Origin: Amphiscolops sp. MND2022
Taxonomy: Eukaryota
Assembly (NCBI GenBank): GCA_964187785.1
Contig: OZ076409.1
Span: 26,848,001 to 26,912,000 of the forward strand
Reading direction: 5' to 3'
DNA length: 64,000 bases
Positions 1-12,107 of the stretch are shown piece after piece. Made by a program: the position numbers and the translations under genes. The notes below the pieces were generated by a model that was not told where the DNA came from, did not search any database, and saw only the letters and a list, made by a program, of their open reading frames with translations. Positions within the stretch are counted from its first letter, which is position 1. Each line of letters starts with the position of its first letter.

Positions 1-3000
1 AAAAAGTCATGTACTTGAGTCGAGTCGAAAATTTTTTGTAATTCCTTCTCAGCAGCAGTGAATTTCCTTCCTCCACCAGACACTAGTTGCGCGGGATAAC
101 CGCGCCGAGAAAAGAAACGTTGCAGGGCGTTCATAGTTGCATTGCATGAAAGATCGACACACATTTCCAAATCAACCGCTCTTGTAGTCAGACATGTAAG
201 TATTAGAGCGTATCGTTTGTTGTAGGTTGACTAAGATTCAGAGGCGAAGAGGCCAAACCAGTTTGTTGAAAAAAGAAAGGTTTTTCTGCTGGAAAGCGGA
301 ATTCGGGTGGCGACATCTGTGGTAACTCCGCAGCTGCGTGTTGTCGACAACATTCGCGGCAACGTTTAAGCATTTTACGAATCTCATTTGTTATAGACAG
401 ATTCGAAAACTCGTTCTGGAGCATGTTTCTTGTGTGCTGTAGAGGGCAATGACTATTGGTAACGTGTATTTGGCGTACAAACAATTTAACCACAAGATAT
501 TTGCCATGTAAGATAATGGGATGTTTTTGGCAATAATCAAAGCCCGATTTCTGGAGTCGGCCTCCTGCTCGAATGAAACATCGGCCGAAAAGAAAGGACT
601 CAATTGTGCTAAGCGACTGCTTTTTCCAACTGGTCGTTTGCTGGTTAGAGCTAGCATCTCGGGTTGGAAAGAGTCTTTTTGGGACTGAAGTAAGAGGTAC
701 AGTTTTGCGTTTGAAATATCCTGTGGCTGAACGCAACATTGAGCAATCCCAGGCTGACTTGAGCCTTGCATCATACTGTTAGTGCTGGAGTCCAGCCAGA
801 CATGCTGCTTGATAGCATGTGAGATGGGTGAGTTGCTCGAATCAATTATCGTCTCATCGTGATCAACACTTTCACGAAAGGACTTGAAAATGCGAACTGC
901 ACGAGAACTGTTGCACTGACGGGAACTAGCTTCGTCCAATCTGAGAAAGTTTCGAAGTCAAGGATTGGTTTTACTGCTGTGAGCGCTGCTTTGCATTGTA
1001 ACTTTTTCAATTCCACTAAAACTGTGATTAACAGGCCGTCGATTTTCTGGTTGCTGGAGGAGTTGTGGGCCAGAGAACCATCTCCAGTCAGATGAGAAGT
1101 CCTTCAACGGCAAACCTCTGGTTTCGTCGTCCGAAGGGTTCAGTTCTCCATGGCAATGTCGCCATTGGCGAACGTTAGTGTTGTCTAAAATTTCGGCGAC
1201 ATGGTTAGCGACAATAATTCGCTGCCTTTTTTTGGAGTCACGAATCCATTGCAACACGGTGGTACTGTCCGTCCACAACACAAAGTCCGCAATAATTGGT
1301 GTTTGCTCGTTTTTAATGAACTTCGACAGTCGAGATCCAATAAGCGCAGCTTGGAGTTCAAGTTTGGTAGTTGTATGCAGTTTTAGAGGGACAACGCGTG
1401 CTTTTCCTAAGATATAGGAAGGTTTTGGAAATTGAAAAGCAGAAGAGTGGTAAACAAACTATGCTACTGCGGAAACTGCAGGAAAGGAAGCGTCACAGGA
1501 GACGTGGAGTGTTATCTCACTAATTTGACCCAGGATTGCATGTCGTGGAATAGCGATTGTTTTGGAGAATGATGGTATTTTAGAGATTAGATCGAAAAGT
1601 TCAGAAAGGATGTCTGAGGTTGAAACATCATCCCATTTGACACCTTTTCGCCAGAGCAGCTGCTGAATGATTCGGAGACGAATTGTTATGGGTGCAGCGA
1701 TACCCAGAGGATCTAAGATTGATTAAATTATATGTAATAGGTTTCACTGTGTCGAATTGATGGTCGTCAATTCTTTGAGTTTTAGAGGATCGAATAAAAG
1801 TGGGTCACTAGACAAGTCCCATATCACAACTAGAACACGTTGTTGCAACTTCTTTGATTGTATGTCGACGTGGGAAATTCTGCGGTGGGTCTCGGGAATT
1901 GAGTAAAATACATCTTGGGACGTGGTTGTCTATTTTGTTAAATGGAATCCACTTTTCAGCAGAATACAACAAAGAATCTGAAATGAAAGAGTCTGAAAAC
2001 AAATCGACCGTGTCAGTTGAGACGAAGAGATCATTCATGAAAAATGTCTGTTTGAAGATGGCAGCGGTGTCTGGGAAGTCATTTACATTGTCATCATCAC
2101 ACTTTTGGAGAGCAAACATGGCGCAGGTTGGGGAGCATGCAGGTCCAAAGATAAACCTGAGGTACTCATACAACTCAGCATCCTCAGCGACCCAAAGAAA
2201 TCGCAGAAACTTTCGATCAGCAGATCGTACGGAGACTTGCATGAACATCGCTTTATTATCTGCAGTTTGTGGATACTTCCGCTCGCGGAATCTGATAAGC
2301 ACTCCTAACAAGTTAGCCAGAAGAGCTGGAACCGGGAGAAGCATTTCATTCAAACACACTCCACGATATTTGGATCTTGCGTTGGACACGCGGCGAAGTG
2401 TACCAGGTTTTTGAGGATGCATCACACCGTGTTCTGGCAGTAACGACCCAGTGGAAGGATTTTCAGGTGAAGTACCATAAGTGTCCATCCTCCACAAACT
2501 TGCTATCAGATCATAAAGGTCTTCGTCTTGTTGATCTGAGTGATAAACTGGGGCTTGGAAGGATTATTGTTCAAAACTCGTGTCATTTGGACCTCCAATT
2601 GTCCACCCAATGACGGTCAAAACTGCACGAGGGGCGTTATCAGATCCTTTGAAAACAGCTTTAGCTGTAATCAGATCAGAATTGCCTTGACCAAGTATGA
2701 GACCGATTTGGTTGTCGGAAAAATCAGAAAAACTGATTTCCTTCAAGTGGCTATACGATTGGCAAATAATTTTGAGTTTAGTAGGGTCGGCATCGTGTAA
2801 ATTTATTTTCGGAAGGACGAAAGCATTATCAATTTGAAAGTTTTCAGCATTATGTCTGAAAGGGTGAAGGATGAAAGAAACAGGTTCAACAGTTAGTGTT
2901 TTAGATCCATGGAAGCCGCCTACTTGGAGTTGCACACTAGGCGTTTTCTTTACGACATCTAAACTGCCAACACGATCTTCTGAAATGTAGCTACAACAAC

Positions 3001-3030
3001 TCCCTGAAACCAGGAAAGCGTATGTTGAAA
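1..3030 (-). pseudogene. pol: BEL/Pao pol (PR, RT, RNase H, integrase), disrupted
   Basis: RT 'LPEHGVMHPQKPGTLRRV...DRKFLRFLW...FGPACSP...FFMNDL'; RNase H 'LWTDSTTVLQWI...VANHVAEIL...WRHCHGELNPSD..TRG'; IN 'KHPIIL', 'CREC', and 'LTCLTTRAVDLEM' read on the reverse strand at ~160-200. Confidence 0.88.
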
Positions 3031-3116
3031 CAATTTATTCTGATGTTGTAGTGTTACTGGAATTGTGAACAGGATAGAGTTTCGAATTTTGACGGGTGAA
3101 GAACTGGTTGGTTGTC

Positions 3117-4620
3117 CTATGTGGGATGGAGATTGCTGATTAGTTGATTTGACAGTTTGTTGCGGTTTTTGAGCGTTTTCGAAGGTTCGAGAAGAGGTAG
3201 CTTCGTTTTGCTGACATGTGCTTGAGTAGCAACCATGGACTGTGATTTGGTGTTTTTTGTTACAATCACGACGTGTTCTTGGAGTTCCAGTCTTTTACCA
3301 AATGATGTCCCAGGCAAGTGAGACAACGCTTATGGTTCATTATCAATCTCTTTATGGTCATCCGAGGAGGACTGCTTGTATAGTGCACAATGCGCTGGAC
3401 GATGCTCCTGATTGTCAAAGGGGAAGGCAATTTTTTGCTGCCTTGTTGGTTGTTTTGTCCGAACATCATTTGTTTTTGAATTGTTGGAAGAGTTATCAGA
3501 ATGCAAATCGGCAGGTAAGTTCCCACATACAAATTCTCACAGGTAAGTTCTCACAATGGCAAACTCACGTAACCATGCATTGAGTTCCATTAAATTGGGT
3601 TGAGCAATGGTCTTGCTAACTGTGTGTTATTCCATTGAACTCGCTGGAAATGAGGCAGTTTGTTGTTAGCAAACTGTACATAGATAGTCGAGTGCAGTTC
3701 ATGGGTAAACGCAAGTCACTGGAAGGTTTCAACCAAGTTGTTAACAAACGTGGAGAAAGTCATGAAACTATATTTTTCGTGCGTCGAAGGTTGTGGGAAA
3801 GACCGAAGTTCACGCCAAAAGTTGTTGATTACTACTTCTGGTCGACCGAAAGTCTTTGAAGCTCTGCTAATGCCGCATTGTACATCGAACTGTTAAAAGA
3901 GAAGCCAGCGATTGCTTGCTGCGTTGTTCCAGTTCTTAGTGTCTGCAAGTGTGTCATTTTTTTCGACATTAGAAAATGCTTGATCGTGAATTAGGGTTTT
4001 GAAAAGACCGAACCAAGTGTTCCATCTGAGAGGATTTTCATCATAAGGCGCAATTTTGATTTTAGGGCGAGAAAGATGCGAGATTTGTTGAGGAGAAGCA
4101 GAACTCCCAACGGCAACCGCAGGAGTTTGCTCTTGAGCGTCAACGATAGGCGTTTCTTCACCTGTCTCAACATTTGGAACACGAATCGTTGTTAGTACTG
4201 ATGTTTGGGTTTGTAGTTTTTCATTCGTTTCGTTTTTCGAATGCTTTACCATGTCTTGGAACCGGTCACAGACGTCGTCGATGCTGTCTTCCCAAGCTGT
4301 GAAGTCAGCAATTAAACTGTCTACTGTCACGTGTTCAGTGGGATGATAAACAACGATACATCGTAGAGATTTCAAAATCTTTTCGTATTTTGTCCAGGTC
4401 ATTGATTGTTTTGTCGAATTGAAAACGAATACTGGAGTCATCGATTGCTTTCAATTTTAGTTAAATGACGTTTTAGTTTGGCAACGAGGAAGTCTTTTTT
4501 GCAATCGAAGATTTGGGAGGCAAAGTGACTCTTCGAAGACCCTTTCTGAAACAATAAGCGGAAGTAAGCTTGATAAAAACTACTCAAACGTTGATAGTTA
4601 GAAAATAGAAAATAGGTCAA
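3117..4620 (-). pseudogene. gag: BEL/Pao gag (DUF1759-like region plus zinc-knuckle remnants), disrupted
   Basis: ORF 3893-4441 'KIKIAPYDENPLRWNTWFGLFKTLIHDQAFSNVEK'; 'CLTCLGHHLVKD' knuckle remnant in ORF 3266-3532. Confidence 0.75.
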
Positions 4621-6285
4621 ATTTCAAATCCCCGAGGCGTTACTAGCTGGAGTATACCTGGATTTGAATGTTTTCATTTTCAAAAAAATCTAAGGCAAGT
4701 TTAAATAGTTTCAGAAGCACGAAAATTGCAAAATGAGAGGCCCATTTGGCGGCAGAAGCTGAATCTAAAGCGCGAAGATCTACGTCAAACGTAGATTCCA
4801 GACTGATTGGCAGTGGGTAAGGCAAATCGTAGTTGGTGCACCATGAAAAGGAGTTGCGGGTCGATATTGTAATAATATCGGTTTTCTTTGCGGTTATGCT
4901 CAATTGAAGTGACCCAGGTTGATTGGAGGTTCCAATTTTGGAATGTACAAAACCCATACCTAATGTTTATTGACCGTTCCGATCAATCTGCGAGTCTATT
5001 TCTTTGAAGGGAAAAGTATTTTATATAAAGGATTCCTTTAGTTAGATTTCAGTGTTAAGGTAAAGGAAGCATCGATTAAATAAAGGTAACTCAACAGAAG
5101 AGTTTGAGTTGATGATAATTTGCGTTGAAGAAAGTTTTTCAAAAGTCCAAGTTGACGGAAATGTTCAATTGCTTCTCCGGAAGTGTGGAAAGTTTTTTCT
5201 GAAGTTCGGAGTTGAATCTTTCTTGAGAATTGACTTGAAGCCACGTGAAATATTGAAATATTCTTTTTGAGATTGTCACTAACAGTCACTGTGCTGCGGA
5301 CTGGCTTCTAACAGGCATAAGACTCTACGTATGTCTTTCTCACAACCATGAGCCCAGTTAGTATTTCGGAAACGGTGTAGTAATCACAGTGTGGAATTTA
5401 AGTAGCGGAGAAGTTGAATGATAGGGATCTGGTAATCATGCACCTAATCTTGTAGATAATAACTACTTCTTCGGTGAAATTGCAAAAAATTTCTCTCATC
5501 TGTCGCTAGACCTTTTCCTCAGGACCAAAAACCTGTGGATTGAGTGCGTTTCTTAAGGTTCTTAGTTTGCTACGAACGTACTTTCATGCAGAACGTCTCA
5601 TCACCAATGTGAGTTATAAGTATCCCAGCACTTTCGGGTTTGTTGCCCTGCGTCTGGAGAAGGTACCATTCTTCAGCTTTCTGGTTTCACAGTTTCGTAG
5701 ATCAGGTTATTGTGTGTAATACTCAAAGCTCGTTTTTGTTGTTTTCTGTCATGATGGTACCACTAAGTTAGGAATGAATGACTTGCTCAACTTTCAACAA
5801 AACAAAGTTCAGGGAGATCATCCCAGCATGATAGAAAACCTCGTTTTCGCACTTTCATATAAACAACCATTTTGCTGCAGTTTTTAGTAGTAGAAATATG
5901 AAAAATTAACCAAGCGAGACAGCCATTAAACAAGACTGAAGATTTCAAACTTTTTCCACAATTTTTTCTCCGTATGAGATGAAAAGACTTGAAAAAACAG
6001 ATGGGACTAGGACATCAAAGATTGAAATCGTTTCGGGGGTTGAAAGCAAATCGACTGAAGCCGCAATGAGACGCTAATCAGATGGTAGAAGGAGGTTCCA
6101 CTGGATCTGATACATGAGAAAAAATTTTAGGGAAAATCGTCAAAGAAGAGACGAGGTCTGGAAAAGAAAGAATTGACAGGTTTTCCGATTTAACAATTGA
6201 TTTATCTGTTGCTGACTTTGCTAATGTATTTTCTCTCCGTTTGAAATTGCAATGGGAATTGGTTTTAACTCAATGAAGGGTTGCT

Positions 6286-6898
6286 TCAGACATCCTCGAC
6301 TGCCACTAACACATCAAAGTTATGCATATGACGTTTTTTGTTCAAATTGCATTGACGGACTTCGTCAAGAATGCTGAACGTTGCTTTGATGAAATCGCCG
6401 TCACATGAATAGATCTTTCGAGTGTCTTTTCCTACTTTTTGAAGTATGAAAAGCCAGATTAGACCAAAGTTATTTCTATACGCAGGCGGTGCAAATACGG
6501 ATATTAGACAGCTGTGGTGTTCATAAGGGGGAACACATAGACCCGAACACTCAACTTTATCTTGAACAACTGCAGCATCGTGAGGCAAAAGAATCAAAAA
6601 AGAATGTTTTTAGAATTATATGACTGCCAACTTTTGTGAAACCTAAACGCGCATCAATATCGAGATAGCTTCAGTATTTCAGACCTTATCTTGCAGAGCG
6701 AGGATAACTTTTTCCAAAGTCACTTTTTTCTGAAACCTCTAGATCTTGCGTACATGTTTGAAATATATTTTGGTCAGAAATTTCTGTTCCATCATCTTTC
6801 GTTAAACAGACATATTTATCGTTGGAAAGAAAGCTGGAGAGAAAGAAATTCATCGCTGGAATGAAAATTCGACGAAAACTTTGAAAAACTGGTTTCAA
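6286..6898 (-). pseudogene. Fragmented ORF of unknown, possibly transposon-associated, origin
   Basis: Two adjacent same-strand ORFs (6686-6898, 6286-6597) with protein-like composition. 'LTKDDGTEISDQNIF' loosely recalls a CIDE-N/PB1-like EDGTE motif. No firm assignment. Confidence 0.2.
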
Positions 6899-7688
6899 CC
6901 TTTAACCACACACAAAGAGTTCCAAGTGAAATTCAGGAACATACAATGATTATCAGCTTTAAGTTGTCTGCCCCCTGAACAAGCTGTAACGGCTGATTCT
7001 AGTAGCTAATGCGTTCGAACCGTCGGCATGCCCTGGGATAAAATTTCTTTGCAAACAATTGTGAAGTTCCCAAAAATTTACGAATCTGTGATGAAAAATG
7101 AATTATTCAACTTCCTAAAACCCTCACAACTTCTTTAAGGAAGTCAATTTTCGTTCTAATATGGCTATACCACATCTCAGGTATATCGACTAGTAGAAAA
7201 AACATTAGAGAAGCAAATATTTATGCGTAAGTTTGAAGTTATGAGGGAATATCGCTGTTTAACAATAAGTAACCGTCCTTTCGTGATCAATAAATACACT
7301 ATCTTGGGCACTTTTTGCCTATCTGGGTAAGCTAATATAGCTACAAATACTCAAATATGTTCTCACAACACGATGTCAAATAAATATGAGGGCTAAAATG
7401 GGTTAAACAGGAAATGGAGGGCGATATTTGCTAGAAAAGCGATACATTGAGTTTGAAGCCCAAATACCCCAGAATAAAATAAAAAATAAAAGAATCGAAT
7501 TAATTTCCAGTTTTTTTCACTAACCCGGTAGTCTGGGTCAAAAAATGTCGGTAGCCACCAATGCGGAAATCATTCCTTCATTCGATGTGGAAATATGGCT
7601 CGGTGAAACTACCAAATTTTGTGTTATTTTCAGTTGCCGATTTACAGGCCTTTTCACGAGTTAATTTACAATTGCAAGTAACTTTAAT

Positions 7689-8660
7689 AACAAGCCGGAA
7701 ACGCCCAAGTCAGCACCATATCTAAGGCTCAAAAATAGCAAAAGAACTTCGAGTTGTTAAGTATTCTTTACTATAGTACCCAAATTTTTCGGATTTTTTA
7801 ACAGTCATTGTATTGCAAAATATCAAGAAGCCGGAAACGGCCCAACTCGGCGCCATATCTAAGGCTCAAAAAGACTCGAAAACCACTTTTTCTACAACTG
7901 GAGACAACAAAAGCTCTCGAGAAACTGAAATTTGAGAAAAAAATTCCGAATTTTTTTTGAAGTTTTTTTTCGAAGTTTCCGGTAAGTCGCATAGTGTCGA
8001 AAAATGTAAAAGGGGGGACGCTTTTTATCTCATGTTAGACGCTTTGGATGCGTTGAAAATGAAGTACTAAGTACATATGTTAAAATTTGTTAAAAGTGCA
8101 TTAATTGCATTAATGCACAAAAAGTGGACGTTAAGCGTTGAACTGACGAAAAAAAACTAGCCACTGTAAGAGTCGCGATTTTCTTCGAAAACGCCGACTA
8201 AAAAATACAGGGGCCCTTTGAAGGCATCAAAAAAATTTTGAAAAACGTCTCACAATGACAAAAACTGAAAGGTGGACCCTTTGGATTTTTTTAACATCCA
8301 TTCTGTTGCAAAATATCAAAATTATTGAAGGGGGACCCTTTGCAGACGTCAAAACATTTTTGAAAAAAGTCTCACAAAGCTCAAACAAGGCACAAAAGTG
8401 TACTGGGGGGTCGTGGTTTTATTATCCTTTGTTGAATAAAGATTTTTCGAAAATCCAAAAAAGTCCCAAAATACTGAAAACCTAGCCCTAAAGTTTTACA
8501 TTGGACGCAAATTATGTGTAATTTTGGGGAAAAATTGATAACGTTTTACGAGAAATGAAAACGTTACATCCGAACTTGAAAACGTTTCTCCGAATTTATG
8601 TCCGTGTTAGATGTTATGTATGTTCTAAGAAGTTGTCTGTAAACAGATCAAAATGAACAA
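7689..8660 (+). repeat. Dispersed non-autonomous repeat family (Helentron/DINE-like?); one copy (~7825-8204) apparently nested in another
   Basis: Head motif 'aacaagccggaaacg(g)cccaagtcggcgccatatctaaggctcaaaaa' at ~7689 and ~7825, tail 'aaaacgccgactaaaaa' at ~8188-8204 (inverted repeat of agtcggcg). The same head recurs at ~10845-10885 (reverse), ~14780, ~29240 and ~59784. Confidence 0.6.
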
Positions 8661-8714
8661 AATTGATGAAAATTGATGAAATTGGTCACTTCGTCGTTCT
8701 TTAAAAAACAAGAA

Positions 8715-8908
8715 ACGTTATATCCGGTATACGTTATATCCGGAATTCGCTATTTCCGGTTTGCCTTAAATCCGGTTTGCGACAAACAAAATCCAATGGG
8801 GAACCCTTTTGTAACATTTCAAAGATCTCCAAGAAACTTGTTATGTTCGGCATACCTTTTATCCAGAATTCGTTGTTTCCGAATGCGGTAAATCCGGTAT
8901 GGATTGTG
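8715..8908. mobile_element. Decayed pogo/Tigger-like MITE remnant
   Basis: Repeated 'cgttatatccgg' and 'tatcc(a/g)g' motifs. The right end reads 'cacaatccataccggatttaccg' on the reverse strand. Left TIR missing. Confidence 0.3.
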
Positions 8909-10447
8909 TTTTTGTCGAAGGGGACTCCTTTCTCCTAGGAAAGACAGGAAAGTTTATTTAGTTTGAATGTTTTATAATATACACATTCACGTTGGACAAG
9001 GGATGAGTCGTTTCGGCTCTTCGAGTCCCTGCCCAGGACAATGCCAATTAGAGAGTCTTTCTTTTTCAATTCTATCTTTCTTCTTCAATATCTTTTTGTG
9101 CGGTCATGTTTTATATCTTAAATTGGAAAAATGGAATTTTTTAAATCTATATCAAGTTTTCTAGATGAAAAAAAAACTTTGGAGAATGATGCGGTATAAC
9201 CTCGCCTACAGGAAAGGAAAGGAAAGTTTATGCAATTGAATGTTGTATAAATAAGATTACATTCATCTCAAAAATATAAACCTTCAATTTGGTTTTCTCG
9301 GCGCTTCGAGCTCTGCTCAGCCGAATACCAAATAGCGGCTACCTGTTTTGGCTATGAATGAAAAAAAAACAAATGCAACCTACCGGATATTTCCAAAGAT
9401 GATCCTTAGAAGGTAGTTTCTAGGTGTGAATAAAAGTGTTTTTTTATTTCAGTGCAACCAGCAACGTAATTAAAACAGATTTTTTGTGTAGGAGTTCATT
9501 TGATTTCAGCCTAATTTGACGATATCACGGGGAATTGAAAAACTCACTTTTTGGAATAATAGGCAAACAAAACAAGTGCAACAAGAAATTGAAGCAACTT
9601 TCTAGCAGCAATTTTATCAATCTTATTGATTGCAGCTTGAAACGGTGGAATCACTCAGCCTCAGAACTACACGGTCATCAGGAGACCACAGTCTCTTCTT
9701 TTGTAACAACTCATCGGAAGCTAACAACTTGGTCTGCAATTGATAGGCCGGGGTCTCTTCACCAAAATTGGTGTTTCAAACGTCACCTATACAATGGTTT
9801 CCTGATTTATCATTTCGACAAATGAATTCTTACCCAATTTCCAAAACAAATGACAGTTAGGAAAAAAATTTTCTTTCCCAATATATATTTTTTCTCACAC
9901 CCATAGTTTGACAAGAACTTCACCAAAAATTTGTTTATGCTTCATACGAAAGAAATTGAGTAGGGAGGGAGACTTCGAAAAACTATCTTTTCAGTCGTCA
10001 CAAATGGTCATTATCCCTACATCAGAGCAAGTCTTTTCTGTAAAACAAATTCAAGTTTGGAGAATCATTGCCACTAAAATCAATTTGAAGGTGCTTAACT
10101 TACGATTAAGGTGTTTACGATTACTTTACTTACGATTAAGAATTTGAGTGAAAAATTACAGAGCAAAACTAATTTCTGAAACAAACTAAAATTGAATCAA
10201 AAGCTATGCGCTCATCAAGTTTTTGATTAGACTCTATTTTAACAGATTTTCGAGGAAAAACGTTTGACTACTCCGCAAGTAGTTAAAAAAGAGCAAGTTT
10301 CTTTGTGAACAAAACTGAGTCTCAAAAGCAGCTCTACTTAAATCGATCTATTTATAGATAATTTTTATTGAGACACACCCATAAAACAGTTAAAAATTTA
10401 TGATGAACACTTCGGGAGAAAGTCGACCTTCGACACGTTTATCACCC

Positions 10448-10887
10448 TTTTTAGTCGGCGCATTTAAAGAAAAAATGCCCGACTCTTACAGTGACCTTTT
10501 TTTTCTTCAGACCACAGACCTCACACTGATCGGTCCACTTTTTACAGAAACTACTTAAACTACTGAGGCCAAGTCAGGCCAGCTGAAACATAGTGCAAAG
10601 GGTCCCGGATGAGACCCTTTCAATTTTTGTTGGCTCTATGAGATTTTTTTCAATTTTTTGTCTCCAAAGGATCCCCGTTTGATTTTATTGAGGTCTCGCC
10701 TCGTAATATCCCAAATGAAGCGGTATATCTGACCTTTTGACGTTATATTCGAACTATATTGCGTTTTCTTAAGGAGGAGGCGGAGGTTCGAAAACAGAAG
10801 TTTTCCATGAAACGTCCTACGCATATTTTAAAAACTGCGCTTTTTGAGCCTTAGATATAGCGCCGACTTTAGACGTTCCCGTCTTTT
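10448..10887 (-). repeat. Copy of the 'gcccaagtcggcgccatatctaaggctc' repeat family
   Basis: Reverse-complement head 'ttttgagccttagatatagcgccgactt' at ~10842-10870 and tail 'tttttagtcggcgc' at ~10448-10461. Confidence 0.65.
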
Positions 10888-11748
10888 TGCAACTTCTGGA
10901 CCAAAAAGACTTTTACGAAAAAAAACAAAAAGGTAAAATTGGCTACAATTGAATGCTCCTAAGTATATTCTTTTTTCATTGAAAAACTTTGTCTGAAAGC
11001 CAGGAAAACAAAAAAATGTCTTGAAAACGATTTTCTAACAGTGTAAAATTTGCGTTTTTCGACGTTCCAGGGAAAACACAAAAACTGTGCTATATCTAAT
11101 ACTTTTCTAGAAGAAATTCCTGCTCGGTTGAAACAATAATGAATCTTCCGTTTTATGGCTCAATTACGTTATTGGATTTGACAAATCAAAATTCTTGTTT
11201 CGGTTGTTGAGCTAGCCCGCTCATATTAGGTTAATGATCTCTTAAACTTGAAACACCGTTTCCAAGCTTTCTTTTGATTACAACTGATCTTGAGATTAAT
11301 TATTAGAACAGTTATAGTTTTGCAACGTGATCAAAAAGCAATGTTTTATATTCACGCCATCCTAGTTTTTCTCACATCCGCGTTTCTCGTCATCCTGTAA
11401 AACAGATTGAATTCGACCTACCAATTTGCCATGGTACTCGCACGAATACTTTAACAAGATTTTGACCTAGGAGATTTTTACCTAGGATATTTCAACTTCG
11501 AGTATTTGACATGTTACCATTGAATGCACGGTGTCAAATAATTCCATATATATAACCGTATGAAAGCGATGATCTTTTGGTTTCAAATACGAATTGGTAT
11601 AGAATCCTAGCAGATTTATACCCAGTTGATAATGGAAAAGATTTTTTTAGTTTGTCAAATACCTAGGGAATGTTTGTTTTGATTTTCAAACAATTCATTC
11701 CCAGGTGGAAAACTATATATTAAGTTAATCAACGTAAGTCAACTAACC

Positions 11749-12107
11749 GGGTAATCAGACGCTTGGGCTCTGCTTGAGGGGTAATTTAGGTTACTGGAGG
11801 GGCAATAATAACTGTCGGGGTCCACGCTACTGTTGTCATAACTGGAAGTGCCATTGATGCAGGAATAGTGATTGGGGTAAGAAGGCGAAGATGGTAAATC
11901 CGGCTTGGCATAAAGGGACTCATTTTCCGCGACTGATTGAGGACTGGCGTAAAGCTCGCCGTACATGGTCCCTAACTTTCCATTTGAAATAATTTGAGAT
12001 GATTTGTTGCGTGATGATGGCATTTTTTGAGAAGAGGTACCTTTTCTCTTTTTGGAACTTCCGCCCTGTCCAGAATTAGAGTTGTAGTTTAGGCTGTTGT
12101 TCTTCAT
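11749..12107 (-). CDS. Probable coding exon of an unidentified host gene (Ser/Tyr/Asn-rich, basic NLS-like KKRK)
   Basis: 122-aa ATG-initiated ORF 'MKNNSLNYNSNSGQGGSSKKRKG...LYAKPDLPSSPSYP...DYP' ending at a GTTAGT donor-like site. No TE motifs. Confidence 0.45.

Larger units (their letters stand above)
1..4620 (-). mobile_element. Degenerate BEL/Pao LTR retrotransposon (gag-PR-RT-RNaseH-IN); runs off the left edge of the window
   Basis: Domain order on the minus strand is gag (3893-4441, 'YDENPLRWNTWFGLFKTLIH'), Cys/His knuckle remnants (~3240-3330), protease region (2564-3030), RT (1808-2497), RNase H (958-1560) and integrase (1-780). Many frameshifts and stops. LTRs not identified. Confidence 0.9.

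Noticed and set aside
5515..5765. PBS and 5' LTR of the BEL/Pao element (reverse-strand TGGTCCTGAGG at ~5527 or TGGTACCATC at ~5762)
   Set aside because: Neither directly follows a clear LTR-terminal CA, and the 3' LTR is outside the window, so neither can be confirmed.
8935..9340. Diverged direct repeats (~8935-9050 and ~9210-9340) as LTRs of a mini-element
   Set aside because: Low similarity, with no TG...CA ends, PBS, PPT or TSD.
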